Origin: Terriglobales bacterium
Lineage (GTDB): Bacteria > Acidobacteriota > Terriglobia > Terriglobales > Acidobacteriaceae
DNA length: 64,000 nt
Direction: 5' to 3'
Assembly (NCBI GenBank): GCA_050746185.1
Contig: JBOGLA010000040.1
Span: forward strand, 117,075 to 181,074
The notes beneath the pieces were generated by a model. It made no database searches. It had not been told where the DNA came from and saw nothing but the letters and a program-made list of their open reading frames with translations. Shown here in pieces: positions 1 through 9,005 of the stretch. Within the stretch, counting starts at the first letter, position 1, and each line of letters opens with the position of its first letter. Made by a program: the position numbers and the translations under genes.

Positions 1-159
1 GTTTTCGCTTTGCAGGATTACGTCCATGCCGGGGGGGACGTGATTGGCGACGAGCGTTGGCATTCCGATGCCGAGATTGACGTAGAATCCGTCGCGGAGT
101 TCTCGCGCGATGCGCTTCACAATGCGTTCGCGCTTTTCGATGTTTCTATCGGATTTCAT
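1..159 (-). CDS. scoB: 3-oxoacid CoA-transferase subunit B, N-terminal part (gene runs off the left window edge)
   Basis: Reverse-strand translation from ATG at 159-157 gives MKSDRNIEKRERIVKRIARELRDGFYVNLGIGMPTLVANHVPPGMDVILQSEN, the typical N-terminus of CoA-transferase subunit B. It lies directly downstream of scoA on the same strand. Confidence 0.6.
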   Translation of the reverse strand, partial: MKSDRNIEKRERIVKRIARELRDGFYVNLGIGMPTLVANHVPPGMDVILQSEN

Positions 160-232
160 AGTAGTGGATATGCAAATAGAGATCCGCCGAGCCTTGCTCC
201 GCTTGGACGAGCGGGGGCCCGTCCCCACATGA

Positions 233-943
233 TCAACGTTGCTCTGCGCTTCTCACGGTTCTTCTTTCGATTCTCTTTTCGTACATCCCTCCTTGCAAGA
301 TCCGTTTCACATAGATACTCGGCGTATGGATTAAGTCTGGTTCCAGTTTTCCCGCTTCGACGAGGTGCTCGACCTCGGCAATTGTAATTTTTGCTGCGGT
401 AGCCATCATGGGATTGAAATTGCGCGCCGTCTTGCGATAGACGAGATTTCCCAGCTTGTCCCCCTTCCACGCCTTGACGAAAGCAAAGTCGGCCTTCAGT
501 GCGGTTTCCATGACGTACTTTCGTCCATCGAAATCGCGAGTTTCTTTTTCGTCGGCGACGATTGTACCTACGCCGGTTGGAGTGAAAAATGCGGGAATCC
601 CCGCACCGCCCGCCCGGATGCGCTCCGAGAAAGTCCCTTGCGGAACCAGCGTCAGATCAATCCTGCCCTCGATCACCATCTGCTCCAGCAATCGGTTCTC
701 TCCCACGTACGAGCCGAAATGCTTACGAATCTGCCCCGCGGCAAGGAGCAGGCCCATGCCATATCCATCCACGCCGACGTTGTTGCTGATGGTTGTGAGG
801 TTCTTCGTGCCCTTGCGAACCAGAGCGCGAATGAGATTTTCAGGAATGCCGCAAAGCCCGAAGCCGCCGATCATGATCGTCGCGCCGTCGAAGACGTCGT
901 GGATGGCTTCATCGGCGCTGGTGAAAACTTTATTCATACCCAT
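233..943 (-). CDS. scoA: 3-oxoacid CoA-transferase subunit A
   Basis: 236-aa ORF with an IMIGGFGLCGIPENL glycine-rich motif and the length typical of CoA-transferase family I subunit A. It sits upstream of the subunit B fragment. Confidence 0.8.
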   Translation of the reverse strand: MGMNKVFTSADEAIHDVFDGATIMIGGFGLCGIPENLIRALVRKGTKNLTTISNNVGVDGYGMGLLLAAGQIRKHFGSYVGENRLLEQMVIEGRIDLTLVPQGTFSERIRAGGAGIPAFFTPTGVGTIVADEKETRDFDGRKYVMETALKADFAFVKAWKGDKLGNLVYRKTARNFNPMMATAAKITIAEVEHLVEAGKLEPDLIHTPSIYVKRILQGGMYEKRIERRTVRSAEQR

Positions 944-1004
944 TTACGCGTTTTTGGATCCGAAGGTTCGGATGGGGGTAACGACTTCCAGCCGCACCGC
1001 TAGC

Positions 1005-1928
1005 TCATCTCAACCGATTTCCAGCACGACTTCCAGTCATGCTCTTACCGGTATCGCCGTCCGCGTTTCTTGCCGCCGAAGCCCTTTTGAGACGATGAGC
1101 GCGTTCAAACTCCATCGCGAGCTCGCGCGTATCAAGATTCTCCCGGATGTGAGCCAGGCGTTGTTCAAGTTTCAATAATGCTTCTCGGATGCTTTTCTTG
1201 TTGGTTAACGCGATATCGCGCCACATTGAGTAGGGACTCGCCGCAATGCGTGTCATTTCGCGAAGGGCGCGGCCGCCGGCCTCAAGCAGCGGAGCGTCTT
1301 CGCCATACTCATCAACTAACGTGGCGGCGAGTGCCGTGGAAATCATCTGGGGCAAGTGGCTGATCCAGGCGCAAAGCTGATCGTGCTCTTCAACGTCCAT
1401 GCTGACGGGGCGCGCGCCGATCTTTTCTATCCAACCAAGAAGTTCCCCGCTCAAGCCGTCATAAACATTCTGTGCAGCAACCGGAGTGAGAAACCATGCC
1501 GCATCGCGAAACAATTCAGGGTCGGCAAATTCTACGCCCATCTGTTCCTTGCCGGCCATGGGATGCCCGGCGAGAAACCGCCGGGCCAAATTCTTGCCAA
1601 AGACATCGCGCGCGCTTGCTAAAACGTCGGCTTTGGTGCTCCCAACATCCGTCAACAATGTTTTCGCCGGCAATGCCGGGCCCAATGTCTTAATCAGTTC
1701 GATGATCGCGCCCACAGGAGCGGCAAGAATGACGAGCTGGCTTCCGCGAACCGCGTCCGAGGGGTGAGTGTGACCATCGTCAATCGCGCCCTTCTTGCGG
1801 GCGCGTTCCAACACCGGAGCGCGATCGCATCCGACGATCCTCCCCGCGTAACCGCACTTTTTTAGGGCGAGCCCGAGTGAACCGCCGATCAGTCCCGTTC
1901 CGACAATGCTGATCTGACGAATGGGCAT
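1005..1928 (-). CDS. tyrA: prephenate dehydrogenase
   Basis: 307-aa ORF with an N-terminal Rossmann motif IVGTGLIGGSLGLAL and overall TyrA-like architecture. It is adjacent to DAHP synthase and chorismate mutase. Confidence 0.75.
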   Translation of the reverse strand: MPIRQISIVGTGLIGGSLGLALKKCGYAGRIVGCDRAPVLERARKKGAIDDGHTHPSDAVRGSQLVILAAPVGAIIELIKTLGPALPAKTLLTDVGSTKADVLASARDVFGKNLARRFLAGHPMAGKEQMGVEFADPELFRDAAWFLTPVAAQNVYDGLSGELLGWIEKIGARPVSMDVEEHDQLCAWISHLPQMISTALAATLVDEYGEDAPLLEAGGRALREMTRIAASPYSMWRDIALTNKKSIREALLKLEQRLAHIRENLDTRELAMEFERAHRLKRASAARNADGDTGKSMTGSRAGNRLR

Positions 1929-1994
1929 GGGGATAATTCTGACGGTCTATGATTGCTGGAATCTACCGCTTCGCAGAAATTTTCTGCCGAATTC

Positions 1995-3014
1995 TCACGC
2001 CATCTTGCGTCCGACCGCAGGCGCAATCATCCGTAATTCATCCATCAGCTTCGAAAACTGATCGGGATAAAGTGACTGCGCGCCATCCGACCAGGCCTTG
2101 TCGGGATCATGATGCACCTCAATCAAAAGTACGTCTGCACCTGCTGCAACCGAAGCCCTCGCCATTGGCGGAACCTTATCCCTTAATCCCGTTCCGTGCG
2201 ATGGATCCGAAGCCATCGGCAGATGGGATAGCTTGTGGATAATCGGAATCGCACAAATGTCGAGCGTGTTGCGCGTGTATGTCTCGAACGTGCGAATTCC
2301 CCGCTCGCACAAAATCACGTTGTAGTTCCCTCCCGACATGATGTATTCCGCCGAAAGCAGCAACTCTTCCAGTGTCGCCGCGATTCCTCGCTTCAGCAGA
2401 ACAGGCTTCTTCTCTTTACCCAGCTCGCGAAGCAAATTAAAGTTCTGCATGTTGCGGGCGCCGACCTGAAAAATGTCAATATAGGGCAGCATGAGCGCGA
2501 TTTGGGAAATTTCCATGACTTCGCTGATGATCAGCAATCCAAAGCGGTCTCCCGCCTCGCGCAACAGTTTGAGCGCTTCCAGGCCATGTCCCTGAAATGA
2601 ATAGGGCGAACTGCGGGGCTTGAAGGCTCCGCCCCGCAAAGCGCGAGCGCCCGCCTTTACCACATGCCCGGCGACAGTAAAGAGTTGCTCGCGTGATTCC
2701 ACGGAGCAAGGCCCCGCCATCACCACGACTTCATTGCCGCCAACCTTTAGGCCATTGGAAAATTCGATAACCGTACCTTCGGGACGAAAACTTCGGCCCG
2801 CCAGTTTGTAGGGAGCGCTGATGCGATGCACGTGTTCGACGCCGGACAACACTTCGAGATTGCGCGTGTCGAAATCAACTCTCGCGCCGACCGCCGCCAG
2901 CACCGATTGGCGCTCTCCGGTTGTCCGGTGCACCGAGAAGCCCATCCGCACCAAGTGCTCGATGACCTGCTGGATCTGCTCTTCGCTCGCCGATTCTTGC
3001 ATTGCAACGATCAT
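1995..3014 (-). CDS. aroF: 3-deoxy-7-phosphoheptulonate (DAHP) synthase, type I-beta with N-terminal regulatory domain
   Basis: 339-aa ORF with the KDO8P/DAHP-synthase I-beta core (GPCSVESREQ, LLKRG, GNYNVILCERGIRTF) and an N-terminal ACT-like extension. Confidence 0.8.
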   Translation of the reverse strand: MIVAMQESASEEQIQQVIEHLVRMGFSVHRTTGERQSVLAAVGARVDFDTRNLEVLSGVEHVHRISAPYKLAGRSFRPEGTVIEFSNGLKVGGNEVVVMAGPCSVESREQLFTVAGHVVKAGARALRGGAFKPRSSPYSFQGHGLEALKLLREAGDRFGLLIISEVMEISQIALMLPYIDIFQVGARNMQNFNLLRELGKEKKPVLLKRGIAATLEELLLSAEYIMSGGNYNVILCERGIRTFETYTRNTLDICAIPIIHKLSHLPMASDPSHGTGLRDKVPPMARASVAAGADVLLIEVHHDPDKAWSDGAQSLYPDQFSKLMDELRMIAPAVGRKMA

Positions 3015-3083
3015 TGGTTAGTAGTCAGGTTGTGTGCCCTCAGCTATGCCTGGCATCTGAGAACTGAAAACTGGGAACTGATT

Positions 3084-3413
3084 CTAATCATTTACTTCTG
3101 TATCCAATTCCGTTTCGCCAAGACCATCTGAGGTTTCGGCTGTTGCCGGCGCGATCTCTTCTCTTTGGATTTGGCGCATCACGTCCATAATCCGCTCATA
3201 AATTCGCAGAAGATCACGATCCGGAAGCGGCCCCTTGTTCAATCTCTTTGCGTTGCTGAGAACCGCGCGCTCGCGATCCGGCTCATAGATCGGCATGCCT
3301 GCGTGGCTCTTCAACTTTCCAATCTCGTGAGCTGCGTGGGCTCGCTGGTTCAACAGTTCCACCAGCCTTCCATCAAGCTCGTCAATTTTCGTACGCCAAT
3401 CAGAAATATCCAT
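3084..3413 (-). CDS. chorismate mutase (AroQ class)
   Basis: 109-aa ORF. The IDELDGRLVELLNQRAHAAHEIGKLK ... PIYEPDRE stretch resembles the AroQ chorismate mutase helix-1 and active site. It lies in an aromatic-biosynthesis cluster. Confidence 0.7.
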   Translation of the reverse strand: MDISDWRTKIDELDGRLVELLNQRAHAAHEIGKLKSHAGMPIYEPDRERAVLSNAKRLNKGPLPDRDLLRIYERIMDVMRQIQREEIAPATAETSDGLGETELDTEVND

Positions 3414-3502
3414 TAGAAAAGTTGTTATCGGCGACGCCTATGTTCATTCAGGCTCGCTGGTTAAACATTTCTGAAAAGAAAACTATTCGATGACTTCAAC
3501 GA

Positions 3503-4264
3503 CTAATTGCCCTTGACTAGGGACTTGATAAATTGTGCCACAGACTGCGCTTCTTTGCCGGGATTGCGCTCAATGGTCTCGACGATAGCACTGCCCACCA
3601 CCGCGGCATCGGCAAATTTCCCCACGCTCGCAAATTGCTCCGGAGTAGAAATGCCAAAGCCGACCGCGATAGGCAGCGTGGTGCATTTGCGTAACCTTCC
3701 GACCAGCTTTCGAGCATCGTTGTGTATTTGCTTTTGCGCGCCCGTTACCCCGGTCCGGGAAACAGCGTAAACGAATCCGGTGCAGGATTTAGCAATCCGT
3801 TTAAGTCGTGCGTCCGTGCTCGTTGGCGTGGCCAGGAAAACTGTGGCAAGGTTTCTCTTTCTCATTTCGGAAAGATATTCGCCGGCTTCCTCCATCGGCA
3901 GATCGGTCGCGAGCGCGCCGTCAATACCGGCTTCCTCTGCCTTCGAGCAAAAACTGGCCATCTCCATTTTCATGATGGGGTTCAAGTACGAAAAAATTAT
4001 CAGGCCCGCGGAAGACTTTTCGCGGACTCTTTTAGCCAGGGCAAGCACGTCACTGAGAGTGGTGCCGCGACGGAGCGCCCGTTCACTGGCGCGCTGGATG
4101 ACCGGACCGTCGGCCACGGGATCACTGAACGGAACTCCGAGTTCGACGATGTCCGCGCCCGCTTCTATCGCGGCGAGGACAATATCAAAAGTGGTCTCAA
4201 TATCAGGGTCGCCGCAGGTGACGTAAGCGACGAGCGCGGGCCTATTTTCGAAGTCGAGGGGCAC
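3503..4264 (-). CDS. trpA: tryptophan synthase alpha subunit
   Basis: 253-aa ORF. The N-terminus ALVAYVTCGDPD and the central GADIVELGVPFSDPVADGPVIQ are classic TrpA. Confidence 0.9.
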   Translation of the reverse strand: MPLDFENRPALVAYVTCGDPDIETTFDIVLAAIEAGADIVELGVPFSDPVADGPVIQRASERALRRGTTLSDVLALAKRVREKSSAGLIIFSYLNPIMKMEMASFCSKAEEAGIDGALATDLPMEEAGEYLSEMRKRNLATVFLATPTSTDARLKRIAKSCTGFVYAVSRTGVTGAQKQIHNDARKLVGRLRKCTTLPIAVGFGISTPEQFASVGKFADAAVVGSAIVETIERNPGKEAQSVAQFIKSLVKGN

Positions 4265-4402
4265 GGGGTTATTCTAGACTGCATAGGTCAAATCGCCGAA
4301 GCGACTCCGTTAGCGGACTGCGGCACGGTTTCCCTTTCCCTTGTTACAACCTGGGGGCCGGAATATAAGAATGTATATACATTTGTATAGTGTCATGCTA
4401 TT

Positions 4403-4717
4403 ATGGATTTGACAGTTAATGGATTTGATTGGGATGACGGCAATCGGGCGAAATGCCAAAAACATGGAGTCTCGCTGGCAGAGATCGAGGCCCTTTTTTC
4501 GCAAAGCCCTCGCATTGCGCCCGACCCAACACATTCGGCGAAAGAGGACCGTTTGATCGCGGTGGGAAAAACCAGTTCCGGGAGACCGCTATTCGTGGCT
4601 TTCACAATGCGCACAAAAAACCGCCGTCGCTTAATCCGCGCGGTGACTGCCCGATATATGCATGGCAGGGAAATAGCAGCTTATGAAAAAGAGAGTCCCA
4701 CGTCTGAAAAGCGATAA
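4403..4717 (+). CDS. brnT: BrnT-family (DUF497) ribonuclease toxin
   Basis: 104-aa ORF. FDWDDGNRAKCQKHGVSLAEIEALF matches the BrnT/DUF497 signature (FEWD..N..KH.VSF.EA). The 3' end overlaps the downstream antitoxin ORF by 35 nt. Confidence 0.7.
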   Translation: MDLTVNGFDWDDGNRAKCQKHGVSLAEIEALFSQSPRIAPDPTHSAKEDRLIAVGKTSSGRPLFVAFTMRTKNRRRLIRAVTARYMHGREIAAYEKESPTSEKR

Positions 4718-4934
4718 GCAAGCCGAGACATTTCTGGCCCAAGATCTCGCCAACCTCGATTTCTCGCAGTTCGAGCCCGTTCGTTTTGAGTTTGACAGGA
4801 AAGATGAGCAGATCAACATGCGCATGCCGAAGCCCCTGCTCGCAGCCGTAAAGGCGCGCGCCAAAGCGCGCGGTATCCCGTACACGCGTTTTATTCGGGA
4901 AACTCTCGAACAGGCAGTCACGGCGTCAAAGTAG
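4683..4934 (+). CDS. brnA: BrnA-family antitoxin (CopG/RHH-like)
   Basis: 83-aa ORF overlapping the brnT 3' end. The C-terminal RMPKPLLAAVKARAKARGIPYTRFIRETLEQAV is the BrnA ribbon-helix-helix signature. Confidence 0.65.
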   Translation: MKKRVPRLKSDKQAETFLAQDLANLDFSQFEPVRFEFDRKDEQINMRMPKPLLAAVKARAKARGIPYTRFIRETLEQAVTASK

Positions 4935-5004
4935 CCGCGCCGCGGCTGCCTTTCGTCGAGCGAGCCAGCTCGTTTGGGTGAACATCGCGGTGGCCGCAAG
5001 GCAA

Positions 5005-5298
5005 TCATTGAGGGCGATCGACAAAGGTTATCGTAAACTCCGGTCCACCCGGCGGCTTCCCGCACTCAAGGTTATGATGCGCGTGATAGGCATGCTTCTT
5101 CCCCGTACGTGCCATTTTTAAAAAATACCTTGCAAGATGCTCAAAGCCATCGGCGGTGGCGAAGAGACCTACATTACCTGTCGAGTCGACCTCGACCTTG
5201 TACCAAGCATCTTTCAAGCCGTCGTAAGTATCCCGAAAATCCATTGAGTTCGGACTGTCTCGCGTCAGAGTTAGCCGCACATCGAAAGTGTCACTCAT
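5005..5298 (-). CDS. hypothetical protein (trpB-downstream ORF)
   Basis: ORF with start set at MSDTFDVRL (internal Met of the 126-aa ORF), 25 nt after the trpB stop on the same strand. No recognisable motif. Confidence 0.35.
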   Translation of the reverse strand: MSDTFDVRLTLTRDSPNSMDFRDTYDGLKDAWYKVEVDSTGNVGLFATADGFEHLARYFLKMARTGKKHAYHAHHNLECGKPPGGPEFTITFVDRPQ

Positions 5299-5323
5299 TG
5301 CTCTGAAATCCTTTTCCAAGTAT

Positions 5324-6532
5324 CTAGTCCAACTTGAGATTTTCTCTGAGAATCCCGACATCTTTATCCCCGCGGCCAGAAACATTCACTATCACTATGT
5401 CAGATTTCTTCATCCTCGGGGCACGCTTGACCACTTCGGCAACGGCATGCGCGGATTCCAGAGCCGGAATAATCCCTTCGGTTCGCGCCAGCAGCGTGCA
5501 CGCGGCGAGCGCCTCCGCATCAGACGCGGGGACGTATTCCGCGCGTCCCGAATCTTTCAGCCACGCGTGTTCCGGGCCGATTGAGGGATAATCCAATCCC
5601 GCTGAAACGGAATGCGTGGCCGCGATCTGCCCGGCAGCGTCCTGCAAAACGTAAGAATAGGTCCCCTGAAGCACACCGGGAGAACCTCCGCGAAAACGCG
5701 CCGCGTGTTCGCCGAGACTGTCCCCACACCCTCCCGCCTCCACGCCCACAAACTTCACTTTCTTGTCTTTGATGAATTCATGAAAAATCCCAATCGCATT
5801 CGATCCCCCGCCAACGCAGGCGATGATCGCAGTGGGTAACTTACCCTCAGCCTTCAGAATCTGGGCGCGGGTTTCGCGTCCGATTATTTTATGGAAATCG
5901 CGAACCATCATCGGATAGGGATGCGCGCCCAATACGCTGCCGAGAAGATAATGCGTGGTGCGAACATTTGTCACCCAATCCCGCATGGCTTCGTTGATGG
6001 CGTCCTTTAAGGTGCGCGAGCCCGACTCCACACTGCGGACTTCGGCGCCAAGCAGCCGCATGCGAAACACATTCAACTCCTGGCGGCGCATATCTTCGCT
6101 GCCCATATAGACGACACAATCAAATCCGAGCAAGGCGCAGACCGTCGCGGTCGCGACGCCGTGTTGTCCGGCGCCGGTTTCCGCGATGATACGGCGCTTG
6201 CCCATGCGCTCCGCCAGAAGTCCTTGTCCCAGGCAGTTATTGATTTTGTGCGCGCCGGTGTGAAGAAGGTCTTCGCGCTTGAGGTAAATCTTCGCCCCGC
6301 CAAGCTTTCTAGTAAGCCGGGCCGCAAGAAACAGCGGCGTCGGGCGACCGGCATAGTTGCGCAACAATTCGGCTAATCGCGCCTGAAACTTTTTGTCCCG
6401 CTTGGCTCTTTCGTATTCCCGTTCGAGTTCTTCGAGGGCCGCCATGAGGGTTTCCGGAACGTAACGGCCTCCGTACGCGCCGAAGCGTCCGGGAATTGTT
6501 TTTGCTGTTTTCGAAACGATTGCGGTTGCCAT
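5324..6532 (-). CDS. trpB: tryptophan synthase beta subunit
   Basis: 402-aa [19 protein letters not shown] ... HTGAHKINN ... GGGSNA are diagnostic TrpB PLP-enzyme motifs. Confidence 0.92.
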   Translation of the reverse strand: MATAIVSKTAKTIPGRFGAYGGRYVPETLMAALEELEREYERAKRDKKFQARLAELLRNYAGRPTPLFLAARLTRKLGGAKIYLKREDLLHTGAHKINNCLGQGLLAERMGKRRIIAETGAGQHGVATATVCALLGFDCVVYMGSEDMRRQELNVFRMRLLGAEVRSVESGSRTLKDAINEAMRDWVTNVRTTHYLLGSVLGAHPYPMMVRDFHKIIGRETRAQILKAEGKLPTAIIACVGGGSNAIGIFHEFIKDKKVKFVGVEAGGCGDSLGEHAARFRGGSPGVLQGTYSYVLQDAAGQIAATHSVSAGLDYPSIGPEHAWLKDSGRAEYVPASDAEALAACTLLARTEGIIPALESAHAVAEVVKRAPRMKKSDIVIVNVSGRGDKDVGILRENLKLD

Positions 6533-6535
6533 TTT

Positions 6536-7213
6536 TTACTTGGTTTGCTCCGTTTGCCGGACGGCTTCAACAAACGCGCGAACTTTTGCTGGATCTTTTT
6601 TACCAGGCGAGGCTTCAACGCCGGAAACCACATCAACTCCCCAAGGACCCAGTATACGGATCGCCTCCGTGACGTTGTCGGGATCGAGCCCGCCCGCAAC
6701 CACAAATTTAAACCCGCTTCGACGAATGACCCCAGCGACAGGCATAGCTTTCGTCCAATCGAAAACCTTACCCGTGCCGCCGGGTTGCTGAGGCGTGCCA
6801 GAATCGAGAAAGATCGCGCTGGGCAGTTGCGCTGGGTCGCCGCCTTTCTTGGGAAACCTGAAACCAGCAAGGTCTTCCAGATCAGACGGAAGAGCCAGAT
6901 ACCTTTGTTGCAGGGCGGCCATTTGTGACCATTGCGAGAAGCTTTCGCTCGAACTCACACTGACGTGTAATTGCGTCCCGGTTAAACCGGCTATTTCGAC
7001 AATGTTTTCCATCCGGTCGGTCGAGCCATTCACAAACACGCCAATCTTCTCGACCTTGGCAGGGAGCTTCTTGACGATTTCTCTCACATCGTCGGGCGAA
7101 ATATTTCGCGGACTGTTTTCATAGAACACGAATCCCAACGCGTCGGCACCCGCCTCCACCGACATCAGCGCATCTTCAAGATTCGTTGTCCCGCAAATCT
7201 TAATCCAAGTCAT
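6536..7213 (-). CDS. trpF: phosphoribosylanthranilate isomerase
   Basis: 225-aa ORF beginning MTWIKICGTTNLEDA with GADALGFVF and a TIM-barrel PRAI pattern. Located between trpC and trpB. Confidence 0.85.
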   Translation of the reverse strand: MTWIKICGTTNLEDALMSVEAGADALGFVFYENSPRNISPDDVREIVKKLPAKVEKIGVFVNGSTDRMENIVEIAGLTGTQLHVSVSSSESFSQWSQMAALQQRYLALPSDLEDLAGFRFPKKGGDPAQLPSAIFLDSGTPQQPGGTGKVFDWTKAMPVAGVIRRSGFKFVVAGGLDPDNVTEAIRILGPWGVDVVSGVEASPGKKDPAKVRAFVEAVRQTEQTK

Positions 7214-7264
7214 AAAGACATTTTGTTTTCGATGGAGCGACGCGTGCCCCGCCCGTCTAAAAAA

Positions 7265-8074
7265 TCAGCGACTCGAAATTGGCAAGGAAGCTTCTGCCAA
7301 CAGCATACTCAGAGCTTCGCCCGGCCTTGGGGATTTCATCAGCGATTCCCCGATAAGAAACGCCTTGAAGCCCGCGGCGCGGAGCCGTGCAATATCGCCT
7401 CCACTACGGATGCCGCTTTCGGCAACGCTCAACACATTCTTTGGGATCAGGAGCGACAAGCGAAATGCAGTTTCCAAATCAACTTCGAATGTCTTCAAGT
7501 CCCTGTTATTCACGCCGATCATTTCGCATCCCGCGTCCAGTGCGATATTCAACTCCTCCGCATCGTGTACTTCGCACAAAACGTCCAAGCCTAACTCTGC
7601 GGCTCGCCGCGCGAGAGGAACTAACTCTTGCGCCGTGAGCGCAGCAACAATGAGCAAGATGGCGTCAGCCGAATTTGCCCGTGCCTCCAATAGCTGAAAC
7701 TGATCAATGATGAAATCCTTGCGCAGGCACGGTAGTCTCGTGCTCGCCGAAACTCGCCGTAGATTCTCCAGCGATCCTTGAAAAAATTCTTCGTTCGTCA
7801 ACACCGACAAAGCCGATGCGCCGGCAGTTTCCAGTTCTCCAGCCAATTGTTCGGGAACGAAGTCCGCTCGAATCAATCCGCGCGAAGGCGAGGCCTTCTT
7901 CAGTTCGGCAATCACAGCGACCCCGTCCGTGCCCTTTGCCTCCAGGGCACGCCGGAAGCCGCGCGGGATATGGCCTTGCGCTCGCCGCTCCAGTTCACGA
8001 ATGCTCGCCAAGGAACGCGCTTTCTCTATCGCTTTTCGGGTGGCAGCAATAATATGTTCGAGACTTGTCGGCAT
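7265..8074 (-). CDS. trpC: indole-3-glycerol phosphate synthase
   Basis: Start set at the internal MPTSLEHI (ATG 8074-8072). AVIAELKKASPSRG, LSVLTNEEFFQGS and CLRKDFIIDQFQ are IGPS motifs. The 47-aa upstream extension of the raw ORF is non-homologous. Confidence 0.85.
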   Translation of the reverse strand: MPTSLEHIIAATRKAIEKARSLASIRELERRAQGHIPRGFRRALEAKGTDGVAVIAELKKASPSRGLIRADFVPEQLAGELETAGASALSVLTNEEFFQGSLENLRRVSASTRLPCLRKDFIIDQFQLLEARANSADAILLIVAALTAQELVPLARRAAELGLDVLCEVHDAEELNIALDAGCEMIGVNNRDLKTFEVDLETAFRLSLLIPKNVLSVAESGIRSGGDIARLRAAGFKAFLIGESLMKSPRPGEALSMLLAEASLPISSR

Positions 8075-8222
8075 AAAGCAGCCAATAGCACAGAGACTTT
8101 GGCGGATGTTGCGCCGCGAAAACACAACGGAGCGAAATATTGGAATTGAAACAAGGCCGGGAGTGACCGCGAGAAAGAGTGGGCGAAGCAGAATTTCGAA
8201 TAAAACAGTTCCCAACCGGTCT

Positions 8223-8417
8223 CTACGGGTGTTGCTCCTTGGCGATGCCGGATAACTCCAGCATGATTTCCTTCAACCGGCTCTCGCGGTCTCCGTTGGC
8301 GCGGACAGCCAATCCGGCCGGTCGCTCCTGTTCCGAGTATCGGTCATTCATGTGGCGGATGGCCGCAATCTCCTCGCGCAGCGCCTGAACCCGGCTTAGT
8401 ACGTCGGCTGTATACAT
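8223..8417 (-). CDS. hypothetical small protein (64 aa)
   Basis: Short charged ORF between the DinB-like gene and trpC on the same strand. Only ORF-level evidence. Confidence 0.2.
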   Translation of the reverse strand: MYTADVLSRVQALREEIAAIRHMNDRYSEQERPAGLAVRANGDRESRLKEIMLELSGIAKEQHP

Positions 8418-8508
8418 CCATATAGTTTACCTCCAATTGGGAACGAACGCCGGGATACAGGATAACAAGTGACGGGAAGCCAATGAGTGGGGCAGTCGAG
8501 TCCGCAGG

Positions 8509-8985
8509 TTACTTCGACTCCGTCTTCAGCTTCTCAATCTGCCGCAGATGATTTCCGGTGTGCTTATCCAATCGCTCGACTATCTCGCTCAACAGCACGT
8601 CGCGTTTCTGTTCCGGATGATAAGCTGATTTCGCCAAGTCCTGCGGCCTTATCCTCCGCAAAATACGCAGATTGTGATGGCGGTTGACGCCGAATAGCGC
8701 AACCATTTCCGCCGCCGGAGTCTCCATGTAGCCCAGATTTCGCGCCCACGCGTTCTGGTCCATAGGAGCAATTGCCGGTTGGTTCTCCGCGAGGATTTGC
8801 CGTATGCGGTGTCCAAACACGATTTCCACGTCGGCCAAATGTCCAAGAATTTCCAGGATGCTCCACTTATCCGGTGCCGGCTTATAGCGCAGCACCGAGG
8901 GAGGTATCCCGGAAATTGCCGCCGCCAGTTGTCTCGGATTGTTTTCCGCCGCCTCGATATGTTTTTTGCATTCAGCCTCGGTCAT
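8509..8985 (-). CDS. DinB/YfiT-family metal-dependent hydrolase-like protein
   Basis: 158-aa ORF with a His-containing DinB_2 four-helix pattern (WSILEILGHLADVE ... HHNLRILRRI). Confidence 0.6.
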   Translation of the reverse strand: MTEAECKKHIEAAENNPRQLAAAISGIPPSVLRYKPAPDKWSILEILGHLADVEIVFGHRIRQILAENQPAIAPMDQNAWARNLGYMETPAAEMVALFGVNRHHNLRILRRIRPQDLAKSAYHPEQKRDVLLSEIVERLDKHTGNHLRQIEKLKTESK

Positions 8986-9005
8986 CGAATCCTCGCTGGT
9001 TTATT

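Noticed and set aside
365-1178. Long plus-strand ORFs (212 and 240 aa) overlapping scoA and tyrA
   Set aside because: They are antisense to strongly conserved genes, show low-complexity Arg/Ser/Pro-rich translations, and are typical GC-rich shadow ORFs.
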